A stretch of 64,000 nt of DNA from an uncultured Gemmatimonadales bacterium (GCA_963779755.1 CAVZZO010000003.1:1568001-1632000), one strand, 5' to 3'; numbered from the stretch's first letter, positions 37,082-48,101 are shown. Numbers and translations are program-made. The notes: a model not told the origin generated them from the letters alone.

Positions 37082-38020
37082 ATGAGCGCCACCGCGCGCC
37101 CTATTCCTGTCGTCATCGATACCGACCCCGGCATTGACGACGTGCTGGCCCTGCTCCTGGCGCTTGCCAGCCCGGAGCTGGAGGTCCGCGCCATCGTCAC
37201 CGTGTACGGCAACGTCACGCTTTCGCACACCACCCGAAACGCGCGGGAGATCGTCCGCCGTACCGGTCGCCGGGTGCCGGTCGTGGCGGGCTCGGCGCGA
37301 CCGCTGCAACGGCCGCTGGTGACCGCGCCGGACACCCACGGAACGGAAGGCACGGGATTCGCCGCCGTTCCGCCCGCCGGGGACGAACCGGGCGATCCGC
37401 TGGCTCTGTATCATGTGCTGGCCGCCAGCCGCGAACCGGTGCTGCTGCTGACGCTGGGCCCGCTCACCAATCTGGCGCATGCCCTGGCGCGCGATCCGGC
37501 CATGGTGCGCCGGGCGCTCAGGGGGCACCTGGCCATGGCCGGAAGCCTGACCGCCCGCGGCACCGCCACGCCGCGGAGCGAATTCAACAGTTGGTGCGAT
37601 CCCGAGGCGGCGGCGGCCGTGCTTGCGGCCCGGCTGGACACCGGCTGGATCGGACTCGACGTCACCCGCCAGTCGCGGTTGACGCACCCGGAGGTGGAAG
37701 CGCTGGAGGACGGCGACCGGCAACGCTGGCTGCGCGATCTGCTTCGCTTCTACGTAGAATTCCATCGCGCGCACGAGGGCTTCGACGGGTGTGTCGTGAA
37801 CGACCCGGTCATTGTGGCCGAAGCCTTCCGGCCCGGCCTGGTACGGTTCGAGCCGGCGCGCCTGCGGGTGGACTGCGGGGAGGGCTCCGAGCGCGGGCGG
37901 ACCGCGCCCGACCCGGCGGGCATCCCGGCGCGCTTCGGCCGGGGGCTGGACGTCGCCGCGATGCGAGCGCTGCTGCGGGAGCGGGTGTTGTCGCCTACAT
38001 CCTGGGGGGCAGATGACTGA
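37082..38020 (+). CDS. Inosine/uridine-preferring nucleoside hydrolase
   Basis: IDTDPGIDD, LGPLTNLA and EFNSWCDPEAA motifs. Confidence 0.92.
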   Translation: MSATARPIPVVIDTDPGIDDVLALLLALASPELEVRAIVTVYGNVTLSHTTRNAREIVRRTGRRVPVVAGSARPLQRPLVTAPDTHGTEGTGFAAVPPAGDEPGDPLALYHVLAASREPVLLLTLGPLTNLAHALARDPAMVRRALRGHLAMAGSLTARGTATPRSEFNSWCDPEAAAAVLAARLDTGWIGLDVTRQSRLTHPEVEALEDGDRQRWLRDLLRFYVEFHRAHEGFDGCVVNDPVIVAEAFRPGLVRFEPARLRVDCGEGSERGRTAPDPAGIPARFGRGLDVAAMRALLRERVLSPTSWGADD

Positions 38021-38957
38021 GCTGAGGCCGACCGTCGCGGTAATCGGAGTGGGTGAGATCGGGTGCGGCTGGGCGGCGCTTACCGTATCCCGGGGCTGGC
38101 CGACCGCGCTGTACGACACCGACACCGGCGCGCTCACTCGCGCCCGCCAGAATGTGATCGAGCGGGCCCAGCGCCTCGCCGCCAACCGTTATGCCGACAG
38201 CGAAGCCACCGAAGAAGGCGTGGGCCTGCTGACCCCCTCCCGCAGCCTGTTACAGGCGGTCGAGGAGGCCGACTGGATCATCGAGGCGACGCCGGAAGAC
38301 CTGCCCGGCAAACAGCGGGCCCTGGAGCACATCGAGCAGGTCTGCCGGCTCAAGGCCGTGGTCACCAGCAGCAGCAGCGGACTGGCCGGCAGCGATCTCT
38401 GCGCCCGGCTCCGCCGGCCGGAACGAATGCTGGTGGCCCACCCCCTGAATCCGGTCGAGCTGATCCCGCTGGTGGAGGTCATGCCCTCGCCTCTCACCGA
38501 GAGCTCCTGCACCGAAGACGTCCGCTACTGGCTGGAAACGCTGGGACGGGTCCCCGTGGTCCTGAACAAGGAAATCCCCGGCGGCATCGCCGGCCGGATC
38601 GCGGCCGCCGTCTGGCGCGAGAGCATTCAGCTGGTGCTGGAGGGCGTGGTGGACGTGCGGGACGTCGATATTGCCGTGCAGATGGGCCCCTGCCTGGGCT
38701 GGACCGCCGCGGGCCCCAATCTGACCTACCACCTGGGCGCCGGCGAGCAGGGCGTGGCCGTATTCCTCGCCAACCTGCTGGGCACTTTCGAGGACTGGTG
38801 GGGTGCGCTGGCCACCTGGACCAAGCTCCCGGCCGAGGAACAGCACCGGCTGGTCAAGGCCATCGAAAAGGCCTATGGCGACCAGCTCCCCTCGCTCCGG
38901 GCGGCGCGCGACCTGCGGCTGGTCCGGGTGCTGAATGCGCTGAGCGAGGAGGAATAG
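38013..38957 (+). CDS. 3-hydroxyacyl-CoA / L-carnitine dehydrogenase family protein
   Basis: GVGEIG, EATPEDL, SSSSG and HPLNPVELIPLVE motifs. Confidence 0.88.
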   Translation: MTELRPTVAVIGVGEIGCGWAALTVSRGWPTALYDTDTGALTRARQNVIERAQRLAANRYADSEATEEGVGLLTPSRSLLQAVEEADWIIEATPEDLPGKQRALEHIEQVCRLKAVVTSSSSGLAGSDLCARLRRPERMLVAHPLNPVELIPLVEVMPSPLTESSCTEDVRYWLETLGRVPVVLNKEIPGGIAGRIAAAVWRESIQLVLEGVVDVRDVDIAVQMGPCLGWTAAGPNLTYHLGAGEQGVAVFLANLLGTFEDWWGALATWTKLPAEEQHRLVKAIEKAYGDQLPSLRAARDLRLVRVLNALSEEE

Positions 38958-38984
38958 GGGAGGGCGAGGCATGCCTCGCCGCGC

Positions 38985-40346
38985 CTACAGCACCGTCTGC
39001 ACCAGCAGCCAGGCGTTGAGCAGCGCGATCACCACTGCCATCCCCCACGCCACCGACTTCAGCACCGGTCCGTTGACGAATTCGCCCATCTTGCGGCGGT
39101 CGCTGGTGAAGATGACGAGCGGGATCACGGCGAAGGACAGCTGCAGGCTGAGAATCACCTGGCTCAGGATGAGCAGCGCCCCCACGCCCCGTGAGCCGGC
39201 GACGGCGGTGACGATGACCGCCGGGATGATGGCCAGCAGCCGGGTAATGAGCCGCCGGATCCAGGGCGGCAGCCGCAGGTTGAGGAACCCCTCCATGACC
39301 ACCTGACCGGCCAGCGTGCCGGTAATGGTCGAGTTCTGTCCCGACGCCAGGAGCGCTACGGCGAAGAGGGTGCTCGCCAGCGTGGTGCCCAGCAGCGGCG
39401 CCAGCAGCTTGTAGGCGTCGCCGATTTCAGCCACGCCCTGATAGCCGCTGAAGTGGAAGGTTGCCGCCGACATGATCAGGATGGCACCGTTGATGAAGAA
39501 GGCGAAGAACAGCGCCAGGGTCGAGTCGATGGTTCCGAAACGGATGGCTTCCCGGCGCGACGCCGGATCGTCGCCCACGCTCCGGGTCTGCACGATGGAA
39601 GAGTGCAGATAGAGATTATGCGGCATCACCGTGGCGCCCAGGATGCCGACGGCGATGTACAGCATGCCGGGATTGCGGATGATGTCGGGATGGGGAATGA
39701 GGCCGGCGGCCACCGCGCCCATGTCGGGCCGCGCCAGCAGCAGCTCGAGCGCGAAACAGCCGCCGATGGTCGCCACCAGGGCGATGACCACCGCCTCCAG
39801 CCAGCGGAACCCGCGGTGCTGCAGCATGAGAATGAGCAGCACGTCGAACGCGGTGAGGCACACACCCCAGATCAGCGGCAATCCGAGCAGCAGGTTGAGC
39901 GCGATGGCCGAGCCGATCACCTCGGCCAGGTCGCAGGCGCCGATGGCGATCTCCGCCAGCACCCAGAGCACGAAATTCGTGGGCCGGGAGTAATGATCGC
40001 GGCACGCCTGCGCCAGGTCGCGCCCGGTGACCACGCCCAGGCGCACCGTGAGCGCCTGCAGCAGCATGGCCATCAGGTTGGAGATAAGGATGATCGACAA
40101 CAGGGTGTAGCCGAACTGCGCGCCCCCCGCCAGATCGGTCGCCCAGTTGCCCGGGTCCATATACCCCACGGCCACCAGGTACCCCGGCCCCGCGAACGCC
40201 AGCAGCTTCCGCAGGAAACCGGCGTTCTTCGGAATGGTGATCGAACGATAGACCTCGGGCAGCGAGGGCGCGTGCCGGGCGAAGCGCCAGCCGCCGGGCT
40301 CTCCGCCCCCGCTTCCCTGGTGGTCGTCGCGCAGAGGGGCGGTCAT
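38985..40346 (-). CDS. mntH: Nramp Mn2+ transporter
   Basis: [17 protein letters not shown] and [12 protein letters not shown] motifs. Confidence 0.95.
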   Translation of the reverse strand: MTAPLRDDHQGSGGGEPGGWRFARHAPSLPEVYRSITIPKNAGFLRKLLAFAGPGYLVAVGYMDPGNWATDLAGGAQFGYTLLSIILISNLMAMLLQALTVRLGVVTGRDLAQACRDHYSRPTNFVLWVLAEIAIGACDLAEVIGSAIALNLLLGLPLIWGVCLTAFDVLLILMLQHRGFRWLEAVVIALVATIGGCFALELLLARPDMGAVAAGLIPHPDIIRNPGMLYIAVGILGATVMPHNLYLHSSIVQTRSVGDDPASRREAIRFGTIDSTLALFFAFFINGAILIMSAATFHFSGYQGVAEIGDAYKLLAPLLGTTLASTLFAVALLASGQNSTITGTLAGQVVMEGFLNLRLPPWIRRLITRLLAIIPAVIVTAVAGSRGVGALLILSQVILSLQLSFAVIPLVIFTSDRRKMGEFVNGPVLKSVAWGMAVVIALLNAWLLVQTVL

Positions 40347-41032
40347 GCGCCGGCCCGGCCCTCCGCCGAGCAGAGCAGCCGCAGGGCCATCTCATGCCCG
40401 ATCACCCGGCGCTTCCCGGCCACCCGCAGCGTGAGCGGCCCGCGGAACGGCTGCCGGTCTTCCACCAGCACCCGAACACCGGGCTTGAGACCGTGGCCCG
40501 CCAGGTAACGCAGGTGCTCGGGATCGGAGGTCAGAACCCGCCGGACGCGGATCCGGCTCCCCGCCCCGAACTCGGCCAGGGGCGGAAAGACCAGCTCGTC
40601 GATTTCGCCGCTGGCGGTGGGAATCGGATCGCCGTGAGGATCCACCCGTGGGTTGCCCAGCGCCTCGGCCATCCGCTCGATCAGCAGGTCGCTTACGGCG
40701 TGCTCCAGCCGCTCGGCCTCCTCATGCACGTCGTCCCACTGGTACCCCAGATATTCCACCAGGTAGGTCTCTACCAGCCGGTGCCGCCGCACCATCCGCA
40801 GGGCGACGCGGCGCCCGGCGCGGGTCAGCTCGACGCCCCGGTAGGGCATGTGCCGCACCAGCCCCTGCTCCGCCAGCCGCTTCACCATGCCGCTCACCGA
40901 GGGCGGCGCCAGCTCGAGCAGCTGGGCCAGCTCATTGGTGCCGGCCGCGCCGCCGTTGCGGGTGAGACGATAGATGGCCTTGAGATAGTCCTCGACCGAA
41001 CGGGTGAGAAGATCAGGGATGGCGGCGGGCAT
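40343..41032 (-). CDS. mntR: DtxR/MntR family metal-dependent repressor with FeoA domain
   Basis: [22 protein letters not shown] and DPHGDPIP motifs. Confidence 0.9.
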   Translation of the reverse strand: MPAAIPDLLTRSVEDYLKAIYRLTRNGGAAGTNELAQLLELAPPSVSGMVKRLAEQGLVRHMPYRGVELTRAGRRVALRMVRRHRLVETYLVEYLGYQWDDVHEEAERLEHAVSDLLIERMAEALGNPRVDPHGDPIPTASGEIDELVFPPLAEFGAGSRIRVRRVLTSDPEHLRYLAGHGLKPGVRVLVEDRQPFRGPLTLRVAGKRRVIGHEMALRLLCSAEGRAGA

Positions 41033-41050
41033 GGCGGGGTATCCTGAGGG

Positions 41051-41070
41051 GGTTTAGGTGTGACTAAACC
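41051..41070. promoter_or_regulatory. Putative MntR/DtxR operator
   Basis: GGTTTAG-GTGTGA-CTAAACC inverted repeat just upstream of the mntR start; resembles TTAGG..CCTAA boxes. Confidence 0.75.
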
Positions 41071-41238
41071 TCCTTTACGATAGTGCGAATGTCAAGTTGT
41101 GGAAATGGTAAGACGACGGACGCCGCGCGGGAACTGCCGGGACCAAGCTCCCGGTTCGCGCCAGTGCCGCGCAGGGCCGGTGGGTCGGGAGACCAACTGA
41201 GCCGGCCGCGGGTGGCCCTGTCTCCGCCTCCCCGTTGC

Positions 41239-42129
41239 CTAACGGTCTACCCGCAGCGCCTGGACCAGCGCGGCGAGCGCCGCCGGCATGTGGCGCCGGC
41301 TGGTGTAGTAGAGGTAGAACCCCGGGAAGGGCTGGCACCAATCCTCCAGCACCCGGACCAGGGAACCTTTCGCGAGATACGGCGCGACCCGTTCCTCGTC
41401 CGCGTAGGCGAGGCCCACGCCGTCGACGGCGGCGCGGAGCATCAGGCCTGCGTCATCGACTGTCAGCGGTCCGTTAATGGCGACGGTGAGCGACTGCTTG
41501 CCCTTGTCGAACTCCCAGCGATACACCCCCGCCGATCCGTGGCGGAAGCCGATGCAGTGGTGGTCGAGGAGATCGCGCGGCCTCCTGGGCCGAGGATGGG
41601 TGGCGAAATATCGGGGCGATCCGACGATCGCGGGGCGGTGGTCGGGCGACACCCGGATGGCAATCATGTCCTGCTCGATGAACTCCATCAGGTGAATCCC
41701 CGCGTCGTACCCACCGGACACCAGGTCGACTCGGTTCTCCCTGCTGGTGATATCGAGCGCGACCTCAGGGTACTGGTGCAGGAACGGTCCCACCTTCGGG
41801 GCCAGCACCGTCATCATGGCCAGCGGGGAGACCGCAAGCCGGAGCCGGCCCACCGGCCGCTGGCCCAGGTTCGCGACCAGGGCGAGGGCATCGCGAATGT
41901 CACCCAGCGCGGGGCGGAGCCGAGCCAGCAGTTGTGCTCCGGCCTCAGTCGGCGCGACGCTCCGGGTAGTGCGGGCCAGCAGCCGCACCCCGACCCGTTC
42001 CTCCAGCGCCCGCACCGCGTGGCTGAGCGCCGAGGGAGTCACCCCCAGGCGGCGCGCCGCCCGGGTGAAGCTTCGTTCTTCCGCGACCGCCAGCAGGGCG
42101 GAAAGCACGCTGAGTTCGTCTCGGACCAT
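41239..42129 (-). CDS. LysR family transcriptional regulator
   Basis: SFTRAARRLGVTPSALSH...LLARTTRSVAPTEAG motif. Confidence 0.93.
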   Translation of the reverse strand: MVRDELSVLSALLAVAEERSFTRAARRLGVTPSALSHAVRALEERVGVRLLARTTRSVAPTEAGAQLLARLRPALGDIRDALALVANLGQRPVGRLRLAVSPLAMMTVLAPKVGPFLHQYPEVALDITSRENRVDLVSGGYDAGIHLMEFIEQDMIAIRVSPDHRPAIVGSPRYFATHPRPRRPRDLLDHHCIGFRHGSAGVYRWEFDKGKQSLTVAINGPLTVDDAGLMLRAAVDGVGLAYADEERVAPYLAKGSLVRVLEDWCQPFPGFYLYYTSRRHMPAALAALVQALRVDR

Positions 42130-42328
42130 TGTTGAATACTACTCACAAGCGCTTTGCGATTATACCGGCTACTCCGGTCCGGAGCTGCTCCCTATGATTG
42201 GCATGCCGGAGTCGGGCGGTGTCGAAGCCTCCGGAAGAGGGCGGCGAGCCCCCGGGGGATCACCTCCGATGCGACGCAACACGGGAGTCCGGCAGGTGCT
42301 GGTCTCCGATCCACCGAAGAGGCACGCC

Positions 42329-43321
42329 ATGGAGCGCAGAGAGTTTCTATACGCCGCCGCTGCCGGCCTGGCCGGCACGGGCCTGTTCCGGGTTCGTCCG
42401 GCTCCCCGGGTCGGTCCGACCCTGGTCTCGGGACCGATCGACGCCGCGGCCTTCCACGCCATGCGCAAGTTTGCGCCGACCCGGTTCGGACGCATCGCCT
42501 ACGTGGAGCGGGGGCTTGGCGAGGCCGCGCTATTCCTGCACGGCGATCCGCTCAACGGTTTCCAGTGGCGCGGGGCGCTGGAGCGGCTGTCATCGGAGCG
42601 CCGCTGCATTGCCCCCGATCTCATGGGGCTGGGCTACGGCGAGATCCCGGCAGGCCAGAGTCTGGCCCCCGAGGCGCAGGCCGACATGTGCGCGGCGCTG
42701 CTCGATGTGCTCGCGATCAGGTCGGTGGACCTGGTCGGCAGCGACAGCGGCGGCGCGGTCGCCCAGTTGCTGGTGGCGCGCCATCCCGAACGAGTGCGGA
42801 CACTGCTGCTCACCAATTGTGATAGCTACGAGAACAGCCCCCCGGAGGCGCTCGCCCCGGTGATCGCAGGCGCCCGCAGGGGAACCCTGGTGAAGGACAC
42901 CAATGTCCGGTGGCTCGCGGACACGAACCAGGCGCGGGCGGCGCTGGGCACCGCCTACACCGATCCCGCCCACCTGACCGACGAGGCGATCGAGGTCTAC
43001 CTGCGGCCCTCCACTACCTCGCCGCTCCGCACGGCGCAGTTTCATGAATACCAGATCGCGCTGGACCGGAACGCCTTGCTACCGGTGGTGCCTCAGCTCC
43101 GGCAGAACCAGATACCGGTGCAGCTGATCTGGGGCATAGCAGACAGCATCTTTACGCCCGGCAATGCCGACGCCCTCGCCCGGCTGTTCCCGCGCTGCCG
43201 CGGCGTCCGCAAGCTCGAGGGCGCGAAGCTGTTCTTTCCCGAGGAGTTTCCCGACATCGTCGCTCAGGAGGCGCGGAGGTTGTGGGGGAGGAGTGAAGAC
43301 GGTCGGGAGGTCAGGGGATAG
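42329..43321 (+). CDS. Tat-exported alpha/beta hydrolase (haloalkane dehalogenase/epoxide hydrolase-like)
   Basis: MERREFL Tat motif, FLHG, PDLMGLG and GSDSGG (Asp nucleophile); divergent from the LysR gene. Confidence 0.82.
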   Translation: MERREFLYAAAAGLAGTGLFRVRPAPRVGPTLVSGPIDAAAFHAMRKFAPTRFGRIAYVERGLGEAALFLHGDPLNGFQWRGALERLSSERRCIAPDLMGLGYGEIPAGQSLAPEAQADMCAALLDVLAIRSVDLVGSDSGGAVAQLLVARHPERVRTLLLTNCDSYENSPPEALAPVIAGARRGTLVKDTNVRWLADTNQARAALGTAYTDPAHLTDEAIEVYLRPSTTSPLRTAQFHEYQIALDRNALLPVVPQLRQNQIPVQLIWGIADSIFTPGNADALARLFPRCRGVRKLEGAKLFFPEEFPDIVAQEARRLWGRSEDGREVRG

Positions 43322-43367
43322 GCCGCGACGCGATCAGGTGACGGCACAATCTGATTGCCTCGAACTC

Positions 43368-43946
43368 TCACCCGCCTCTCGCTTCACACACCTGCAGCAG
43401 CCCCGTGAGCATCCGCTCTGTCATGCCCCACACGATGTGCCCACCCACCATGTAGGCGGGAAAGGGGCGGGAGACGCCGGGCGCGATCTCCATGCTGACG
43501 TCGCCGTAGCGGGCGGGATCGGCCAGGTCTTCGACCGGGGCCCAGTGCGTCAGGGCGACTTCGTGATTGGGATGGAGCGCCGGCCGGCCTTCCACGGCGA
43601 AGACGAACGGCCGGGCCAGAATGGGCAGGCGCGTGGTGCGGGGAGCCACGTCGTCCAGCGAGCCGAGGAGCGCCCCCCGCTCCAGGTGGATGCCGACCTC
43701 CTCGGCGGTCTCCCGGATGGCGGTGGCGAGCAGATCGGCGTCATCCGGGTGCCGCCGGCCGCCGGGCAGTCCCATGTGACCGGACCAGGGATCGCCGGCC
43801 CGTTCCGCCCGCCGGATGAGAAGAACGGCCTCGGGGTCCGTGCCCACGATGACGGCGACGGCGGCTTCGGTCAGGCCCTCACCCGTCGCCTGCACCGGCT
43901 GCCGGCGCGACAGCGCGTCGCGCAACCGGCGCTGGAAGGGAGTCAC
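43368..43946 (-). CDS. CoA pyrophosphatase (Nudix)
   Basis: Nudix box GG...TAIRETAEEVG and VWGMT. GTG start at 43946. Confidence 0.88.
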   Translation of the reverse strand: MTPFQRRLRDALSRRQPVQATGEGLTEAAVAVIVGTDPEAVLLIRRAERAGDPWSGHMGLPGGRRHPDDADLLATAIRETAEEVGIHLERGALLGSLDDVAPRTTRLPILARPFVFAVEGRPALHPNHEVALTHWAPVEDLADPARYGDVSMEIAPGVSRPFPAYMVGGHIVWGMTERMLTGLLQVCEARGG

Positions 43947-44770
43947 GCGGAGAGCCGGCGCACCGATGCCTCGTAGACCTGTTCCAGCGCCGGGGTGATG
44001 CCCTGCCAGGGATGGGCCGCCCCGAAGGTGTGCCCGGTGCCGGGAATCAGCAGCAGCTCCGCCTTTCCGCCGCTCGCGGCGTGCAGCGCCCGCGCATCGG
44101 CCGGATCCACCGACTCGTCGTCCTCGCCGTGAATGATGAGCCAGGGGACCGCCACCCGGGCCGCGGCGGCCAGAATGTCGAGCGATCCGCCGGCGTGGTG
44201 GTCGATGTCGTCGAGCACCTCGGTGGAGAGCGGAAAATCCTGCCCGGTGCGCGAGTTGTGGATGCTGACCGCTCCGCGTTTGCGCCAGGCGGCTTTGGCC
44301 TCGCCGCTCCAGCGGTCTACCGTGCCGATGGCGGCCCAGGTCACCAGGCGGGTGATGCGCCGGTCGCGTTCGGCGGCGAGGATCGCCATGCCGCCGCCGC
44401 GGGAGTGTCCCACCAGCCCGAGCGACACCGCGGCGGGGAAGCCGAGCCTGCCGCCGGTGATCGCGTCCACCACCGCGAGGATGTCGTGCAGCTCGTGGCT
44501 GTAGGTGTTCCGGCCGAAGCGTTCGGGCCAGACGAATTCGCCCGAGTCGTCCACTCCGCTGCCGCTCAGGTTGCAACTGACGGCGGTGAACCCCGCGCGC
44601 GCCAGCCGTTCGCAGAAGGGCGGGAACATGCCCCAATCCTTGAAGCCCTTGAAGCCGTGGACCACCAGGACTGCCGGACGGGAAGCGGCCCGGTCTCCGG
44701 TGCGGACATCGACCAGAATCGCTCCCAGCGCGCCGGCAAGGCGGTGGCGGGTGAGGTGGGGAGTAGCCAT
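43943..44770 (-). CDS. Alpha/beta hydrolase
   Basis: HGFKGFKDWG, GHSRGG, HGEDD and GHTF motifs. Confidence 0.88.
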   Translation of the reverse strand: MATPHLTRHRLAGALGAILVDVRTGDRAASRPAVLVVHGFKGFKDWGMFPPFCERLARAGFTAVSCNLSGSGVDDSGEFVWPERFGRNTYSHELHDILAVVDAITGGRLGFPAAVSLGLVGHSRGGGMAILAAERDRRITRLVTWAAIGTVDRWSGEAKAAWRKRGAVSIHNSRTGQDFPLSTEVLDDIDHHAGGSLDILAAAARVAVPWLIIHGEDDESVDPADARALHAASGGKAELLLIPGTGHTFGAAHPWQGITPALEQVYEASVRRLSA

Positions 44771-44898
44771 GGGTCGCAAGTTAATGCAGGACCTTGCTAC
44801 TCGTTTTCAACCTCGACGACCCGTCCTGCACGGCATCGGGAAGCAGCAGCTGCCCAGTATCGAAATGAACACCTGCCCCCGCCCGGGCCGGCGGGGGC

Positions 44899-45864
44899 TC
44901 AGGCCACCGCCGCCTCCACCAGGTCCATCTCTCCGTTCTCCGCATCCAGCCGCGCCCGCCCGCCGACCGGCAGCGTCCACTGGTCGTCGACATGCCCGAT
45001 GGGAAAGCCGTACGCCACCGGGATATTGAGCGGGCCGAAATAGGTCCCCAGCACCTCCCCCAGCCCCAGGGCGCCGTCGTCGCTGGCCCGGTGCATTTCG
45101 GTGAACCGCCCCAGGGCCGCGCCCGCCAGCCCCTGGAGATGACCCGCCATGCGCAGATGCGAAAGCATCCGGTCCAGCCGGTACAGATCCTCTCCGACAT
45201 CCTCCAGAAAGAGGATGGCGCCCCGGGTGTCGGGAAAATGCCGGGTGCCGACCAGACACTGCATCAGGCTAAGATTGCCACCAACCAGCGGGCCTTCGGC
45301 GACGCCGGAGCGCAGGGTCACGATTCTGTCCCGGTCCGGCACCAGGACTTCCGCGGGCGGCGCGACCCGTCCCAACCGGCCGGGCGGGTTCGCCTGAGTG
45401 AGCACCCGTTCAAGATGCCGGCGGCTGAAGCTGGAGAGACTGTGCCGGGCCACCGGCCCGTGAAAGGTCACCACGCCGGTAGCGCGGGTCACGGCATTCA
45501 GGAGAGCGGTAATGTCAGAATACCCGATGAGCGGCCGCGGCCGGCGGGCGACCGCGTCAAAGTCGACTTGATCCAGAAGTCGGGTCACCCCGTAGCCCCC
45601 GCGGAGGCACCAGACCGCGTCGATGGCCGGGTCGCACAGCGCGGCATTGAGATCTTCCAGCCGCTCGGCGTCGGTGCCAGCGAGATATCCGTAGTGGCGG
45701 CCGGCGTGCGGCGCCGGCCGCGGCTCCCAACCCAGGGCCTGGCACAGTTCCCGGCCCCGAACCAGATCATCGAGCTCGAGCAATGGACCAGCCGGAGCAA
45801 TCAGCGCGATTCGAGCCCCCGGACCGAGTTTCGGGGGACGGACGGACGGCAGCTTTGACCCCAT
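44899..45864 (-). CDS. ldcA: LD-carboxypeptidase (S66)
   Basis: RGGYG, GYSDITAL, GGNL, LEDVGE and IGH motifs. Confidence 0.9.
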   Translation of the reverse strand: MGSKLPSVRPPKLGPGARIALIAPAGPLLELDDLVRGRELCQALGWEPRPAPHAGRHYGYLAGTDAERLEDLNAALCDPAIDAVWCLRGGYGVTRLLDQVDFDAVARRPRPLIGYSDITALLNAVTRATGVVTFHGPVARHSLSSFSRRHLERVLTQANPPGRLGRVAPPAEVLVPDRDRIVTLRSGVAEGPLVGGNLSLMQCLVGTRHFPDTRGAILFLEDVGEDLYRLDRMLSHLRMAGHLQGLAGAALGRFTEMHRASDDGALGLGEVLGTYFGPLNIPVAYGFPIGHVDDQWTLPVGGRARLDAENGEMDLVEAAVA

Positions 45865-45956
45865 CGGAGCAGTCTCCTACATTTCGGGTCCCTTTCCTGC
45901 GACGGAGTGCCGATCTGCGCGCCTATCACCCTGCCCTGCTGGCCGTCGGCCGGGCC

Positions 45957-46490
45957 ATGGCCGAGCAACGGGAGCCCATGGTCACCCAGTGGGCCAACTG
46001 GCTGGGCGACCGGCTCACCGCGGCCCCGGCCTTCCCCCGCGCCCTGACCGAGCGGGAACTCCGGCTCCTGATCGAAGCGCTGACCGAAATGGTCGGCCCC
46101 ATGCGGCGCGAGGTCAAGCCGGTCTGGTATTCGGCCTGCGAGCAGTACGGCCGCATGGCGGCGGCGCGGGGCCTGGCGGCCGGCGAAGTGGTCGAGGAAA
46201 TCCAGTACCTGCGCGAGGTCCTGATCCGGCATCTGTCGCCGGTGCTGGCCGCCATGCGGGCCCGTCAGGGCATGGCAACCATGTTGCGGCTGAACCGGGT
46301 GGTCGACAAAGGCGTCTCCACCGCGGTCGTGGGCTACACCGACGCCCTGATCGCCACGCTGTTCGTGCAGAACGGCGTGCCCCGGCCCGATACCGAGCTG
46401 GATGCCGCCGAGATCAGCCGCCAGCTCGACAACCTTGAAGAGGAGCTCGCCGCCGCTACCCGGCCCAACGGGAAGAGCCCGGCCGCCTAG
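45957..46490 (+). CDS. Hypothetical helical protein (RsbRD N-terminal-like); start uncertain
   Basis: YGRMAAARGLAAGEVVEEIQYLRE pattern; GC3-rich frame. Confidence 0.55.
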   Translation: MAEQREPMVTQWANWLGDRLTAAPAFPRALTERELRLLIEALTEMVGPMRREVKPVWYSACEQYGRMAAARGLAAGEVVEEIQYLREVLIRHLSPVLAAMRARQGMATMLRLNRVVDKGVSTAVVGYTDALIATLFVQNGVPRPDTELDAAEISRQLDNLEEELAAATRPNGKSPAA

Positions 46491-46532
46491 GCCCCGCCTT
46501 CCCGCCCGACCTGTCGTCCGGCGCCAACCACC

Positions 46533-47690
46533 ATGGCGTACCATCACCTCACCCCGCTGCTCTGGGCCCTCCCCTGGACGGCGCCCTTTGTGGTCTTCCT
46601 CCGGCTGGCCCGGCGGGAGCCCGACATCGCCCGGGCGCCCCGGGTGCGGGGCCGGCTGGTGAGCGTGATCATTCCCGCCCGCAATGAGGCCGCCGGCATC
46701 GGCACGGTCATCGCATCGGTCCTGGGCGGCCAGTACGAGCCCCTGGAAATCCTGGTGGTGGACGACCGTTCCAGCGACGAAACCGCCGGCATCGTGCGCC
46801 GGTTCGCCCAGGTGGACTCGCGGGTCCGGCTCATCAGCGGGACGGAGCTGCCGCCCGGCTGGTTCGGCAAGCCGTGGGCCTGCTTCCAGGGCTACCTCGA
46901 GGCCCGCGGCGAGCTGCTGCTCTTTACCGATGCCGACACCCGCCACAGCCCGGAGCTGCTCTGCCGCGCGGTGGGCGCCCTGGAGCGGGAGGACGCCGCC
47001 CTGCTCACCGTGGCCCCGCGGCAGCGCTGCGTGTCGTTCTGGGAGCGTGCCATCATGCCGCAGGTGGTTTCGCTGCTGGCGCTGCGCTACCATCCGGCCC
47101 GGGTGAACCGCGCCACCGAAGCCCGCGACGTCATCGCCAACGGGCAGTTCATCCTGACCCCGCGAAGCGCCTACGAACGGGCCGGCACCCATGCGGCGGT
47201 CAAGGGCGAAGTGGCGGAAGACCTGGCCCTGGCGCAGATCTTCCTGCGCCGCGGGCTCAAGGTGTACTTCGCCTTTGCCGAAACGCTGATGGAAACCCGG
47301 ATGTACCAGGGCCTGCGGCACCTGGTCGAGGGCTGGTCCAAGAACGTCTATCTCGGCGGCCGGGCCTCGTTCCCCGATGAGCCGGCCCGGCGGGCCCTGG
47401 TGCCGGTGGTGCTGGGCGCCATGATGCTCTTCTGGCTGCTCCCCCCGCTCCTGCTGCTGCTGGGAATCCTGGGGATTCTTCCGTCGCTCACCCTGCCCGC
47501 TTTCGCCGCCACCCTGCTCTGCACCCTGTTCTGGATGGCTTTCAGCCGGGGCATGGGTATTCCCACCGTCTACGGCCTGGCCTATCCGCTGGGCGCCCTG
47601 CTGACGCTCTACATCGTGGGCCGCTCCACCTGGCGCGGCGCGCGCAGGGTGGAGTGGAAAGGGCGGGTGTACCGGCTCGGAGAAGCGTGA
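46533..47690 (+). CDS. GT2 glycosyltransferase (HpnB/CrtQ-like)
   Basis: VIIPARNE, VDDRSSD, GKPWA, FTDAD, NGQF and EDLALA motifs. Confidence 0.88.
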   Translation: MAYHHLTPLLWALPWTAPFVVFLRLARREPDIARAPRVRGRLVSVIIPARNEAAGIGTVIASVLGGQYEPLEILVVDDRSSDETAGIVRRFAQVDSRVRLISGTELPPGWFGKPWACFQGYLEARGELLLFTDADTRHSPELLCRAVGALEREDAALLTVAPRQRCVSFWERAIMPQVVSLLALRYHPARVNRATEARDVIANGQFILTPRSAYERAGTHAAVKGEVAEDLALAQIFLRRGLKVYFAFAETLMETRMYQGLRHLVEGWSKNVYLGGRASFPDEPARRALVPVVLGAMMLFWLLPPLLLLLGILGILPSLTLPAFAATLLCTLFWMAFSRGMGIPTVYGLAYPLGALLTLYIVGRSTWRGARRVEWKGRVYRLGEA

Positions 47691-47849
47691 GGAGAGGGAT
47701 CAGGAACCGGGAATCAGGGAGCAGGGGCCCGGCCTCATTCCCGATTCCCGATTCCCGATTCCCGATTCCTCTCCCGGTCCTCCTGATCCCGGACTTGCCA
47801 TCGCACGCCGATGGGGAGACCTTGCGAAAGGCCGTTTCAGGAGACAACA

Positions 47850-48101
47850 ATGCAGTTGACGCTCACCAGAGACATGGTCGACGCGCTCGATCGTGCCGCG
47901 GACAAGCCCGACTGGCTGACCGAGCGTCTGGACACCATCAGGCACGGGCGTGAGCCCTATATCCTGACGCTCCGGGCGGAGGAAAGCACGGCGCTGGAGG
48001 AGTTGTGCGCCATGAATATCCGGTTCGACGAGGCGGGCAATGTGCTGCCGGAGCACCGCCCGCTGGACGAGCTGTCCCTCATGATCATGGCGCACTACTG
48101 A
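47850..48101 (+). CDS. Hypothetical protein, 83 aa
   Basis: AGGAG RBS before ATG 47850; GC3-rich codons. Confidence 0.6.
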   Translation: MQLTLTRDMVDALDRAADKPDWLTERLDTIRHGREPYILTLRAEESTALEELCAMNIRFDEAGNVLPEHRPLDELSLMIMAHY

